NCBI GenBank assembly: GCA_013239625.1 | Contig: MU054323.1 | Span: forward strand, 11,181,815 to 11,245,814 | From: Lama guanicoe | Taxonomy: Eukaryota | Reading direction: 5' to 3' | DNA: 64,000 nucleotides | Part shown: piece after piece, positions 62,640-64,000 of the stretch | Layout of the letters: each line of letters begins with the position of its first letter | Position numbering within the stretch: the stretch's first letter is position 1 | Position numbers and translations under genes: made by a program | Notes under the pieces: model-generated | Told to the model about the DNA's origin: nothing | Seen by the model: only the letters and a program-made list of their open reading frames with translations | The model's database searches: none

Positions 62640-63480
62640 GCAAAAAACATTAAGAAAGCCAACCATGGCTTCAACAAACAGGAGATTCCCATTTCAGGTA
62701 GTGGAGATGTGGGAAGGGCAGGGGAAGTTGCTCATTCATTCCACTGGGGACTTGGGCATGTTCTTTCCTCTCCTCCATCTTTGGCCTCCTGGCTCTCCAT
62801 GAGGGTGTAGCCTTGCATCCATGCTTAAGGCAGGGAGAAGGGAAAAGGATCAAGGGCTTTCTCCCTACAAGTCTTGTACCTTTACTCAGGAAGCTAAGAC
62901 TTCTCCAGCGGACTTTCACCTACATTTCATTGACCAGGCTGTGATACATGTCACCCCTAGCAGCAAGGAAGCTGGGAAATGAAGAGCTGTGTCTTCACCT
63001 CTACACTGGGAAAGGCAGAGAACAAGGGAATTTAAAATGAAAACTGATAAGCTATTGAATGGTATCTGTCACAATTTCCCCTTTGGCTCTTTGGTACCCA
63101 TGGGCTCCTTCTCACTCTCCATCACCAAGAAAGAAAACCCAAAATCTTGTCCAAAGTCCAGGATCTCTGGTTACTGTACAGAGCTACCTACCAGCTCTGT
63201 GTGTGCCTCTCAGGACCACAATCTGTAAGTTGAAAAGACAGCTCGTCTGCCCCCATATACCTGCTAGCCAAAGGTAAGGGAGAAATCAATAACTGCAGTA
63301 AAGACTCGAACTCAACTCTAAGAAAGGGAAAGGAGGAAATGCACATTGGACCACAGAGCATGTCAAATCCTACAGATCATAAAAAGAGAAAACTTCCTGC
63401 CCTGGAAGTAAAGGAAAGTTCCTAGCCAACCAATCTGGCAAGCCCTAGATCTGCTTTCTGGGAGGAAATTCCTTATCTAA
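62640..63480 (-). mobile_element. MaLR element: MLT1J/K-like LTR (~62640-63072) plus adjacent internal-sequence-like DNA
   Basis: GACTTTCACCTACATTTCATTGACCAGGCTGTGATACATGTCACCCCTAGCAGCAAGGAAGCTGGGAAATG, then CTGTCACA followed by a pyrimidine tract (PPT on minus) and MaLR-int-like sequence. Confidence 0.6.
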
Positions 63481-63499
63481 TATTCTCAATTGCTATATC

Positions 63500-63655
63500 C
63501 TCACAAAAACTCTCTGTGGTAAAGATGATTGATATTATTATACCCATTATAAGGATAAGAAAATTGAGGCACAGAGAGTAACTTTGACCACAGTCATACA
63601 GAGCCAGGATCCAAACTCAGAAAATCAGACTACAGAGTCCCTGGCTCTTTTCCAT
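63500..63655 (-). mobile_element. MIR SINE
   Basis: TATTATTATACCCATTATAAGGATAAGAAAATTGAGGCACAGAGAG...CAGAGCCAGGATCCAAACTCAG. Confidence 0.75.
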
Positions 63656-64000
63656 CAAAGTTCCTCCAGCAGGATAGGAGTTCTACTCTAAGGGCCCAGG
63701 GAGAGTTCCTGGAGCTCACTTTGAAGAGGAGGCAAAAAGAAGTCAAAAACTAAAAATCAGAGACATCAAAAAAAGGATCATCTAAAATTGATCTTAGAAA
63801 ATAAGGCATCTGAACCAACATTTTCTGGCTGAGGTTTCCTCTTACAGGAGTTCGTCAGGGTCCCACCAGTGGAGCAAGAACTTTAAAGAGGAGGAGAGTT
63901 CAGAATGAAAGAGAAGCTGTTACTCGAGGATGCTCCAGCTCCTGGACCAAAGAAGGGATAGGCCTAGGGCTTGGGCCAGCCAGGATTCATTTAAACCATC

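Noticed and set aside
1..64000. Prokaryotic-type systems (CRISPR, operons, defence islands) or endogenous viral ORFs
   Set aside because: The sequence is mammalian and repeat-rich, with no repeat-spacer arrays, long ORFs or gag/pol/env motifs seen.

Overview
Mammalian, largely non-coding genomic DNA, most likely from a camelid (alpaca/llama/camel). The evidence is three tRNA-Ala-derived Vic-1-type SINEs and lineage-young L1 3' ends, set in a background of pan-eutherian MIR, L2, MaLR/ERVL LTR and hAT-Charlie repeats. I recognise no intact host protein-coding gene or exon. The only clear protein homologies are transposon remnants: L1 ORF1/ORF2, CR1/L3 reverse transcriptase and a pogo/Tigger HTH. 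The most unusual structures are: (i) a ~1.65 kb shuffled L1 insertion of at least five fragments in both orientations inside one apparent target-site duplication (TSD), with a transduction-like tail (58.7-60.3 kb); (ii) a twin-primed, 5'-inverted L1 missing roughly 400 codons at the inversion (34.9-36.2 kb); (iii) an old-looking L1 3' end with a perfect 15-bp TSD; (iv) a 5S rRNA-derived fragment; and (v) several candidate cis-regulatory elements (RFX X-boxes, a TATA/CCAAT/octamer promoter-like block, a DR4, an E-box palindrome). Repeat family names are from recalled consensus motifs, not database searches, and boundaries of old repeats are approximate. I found no strong evidence for a new biological system.
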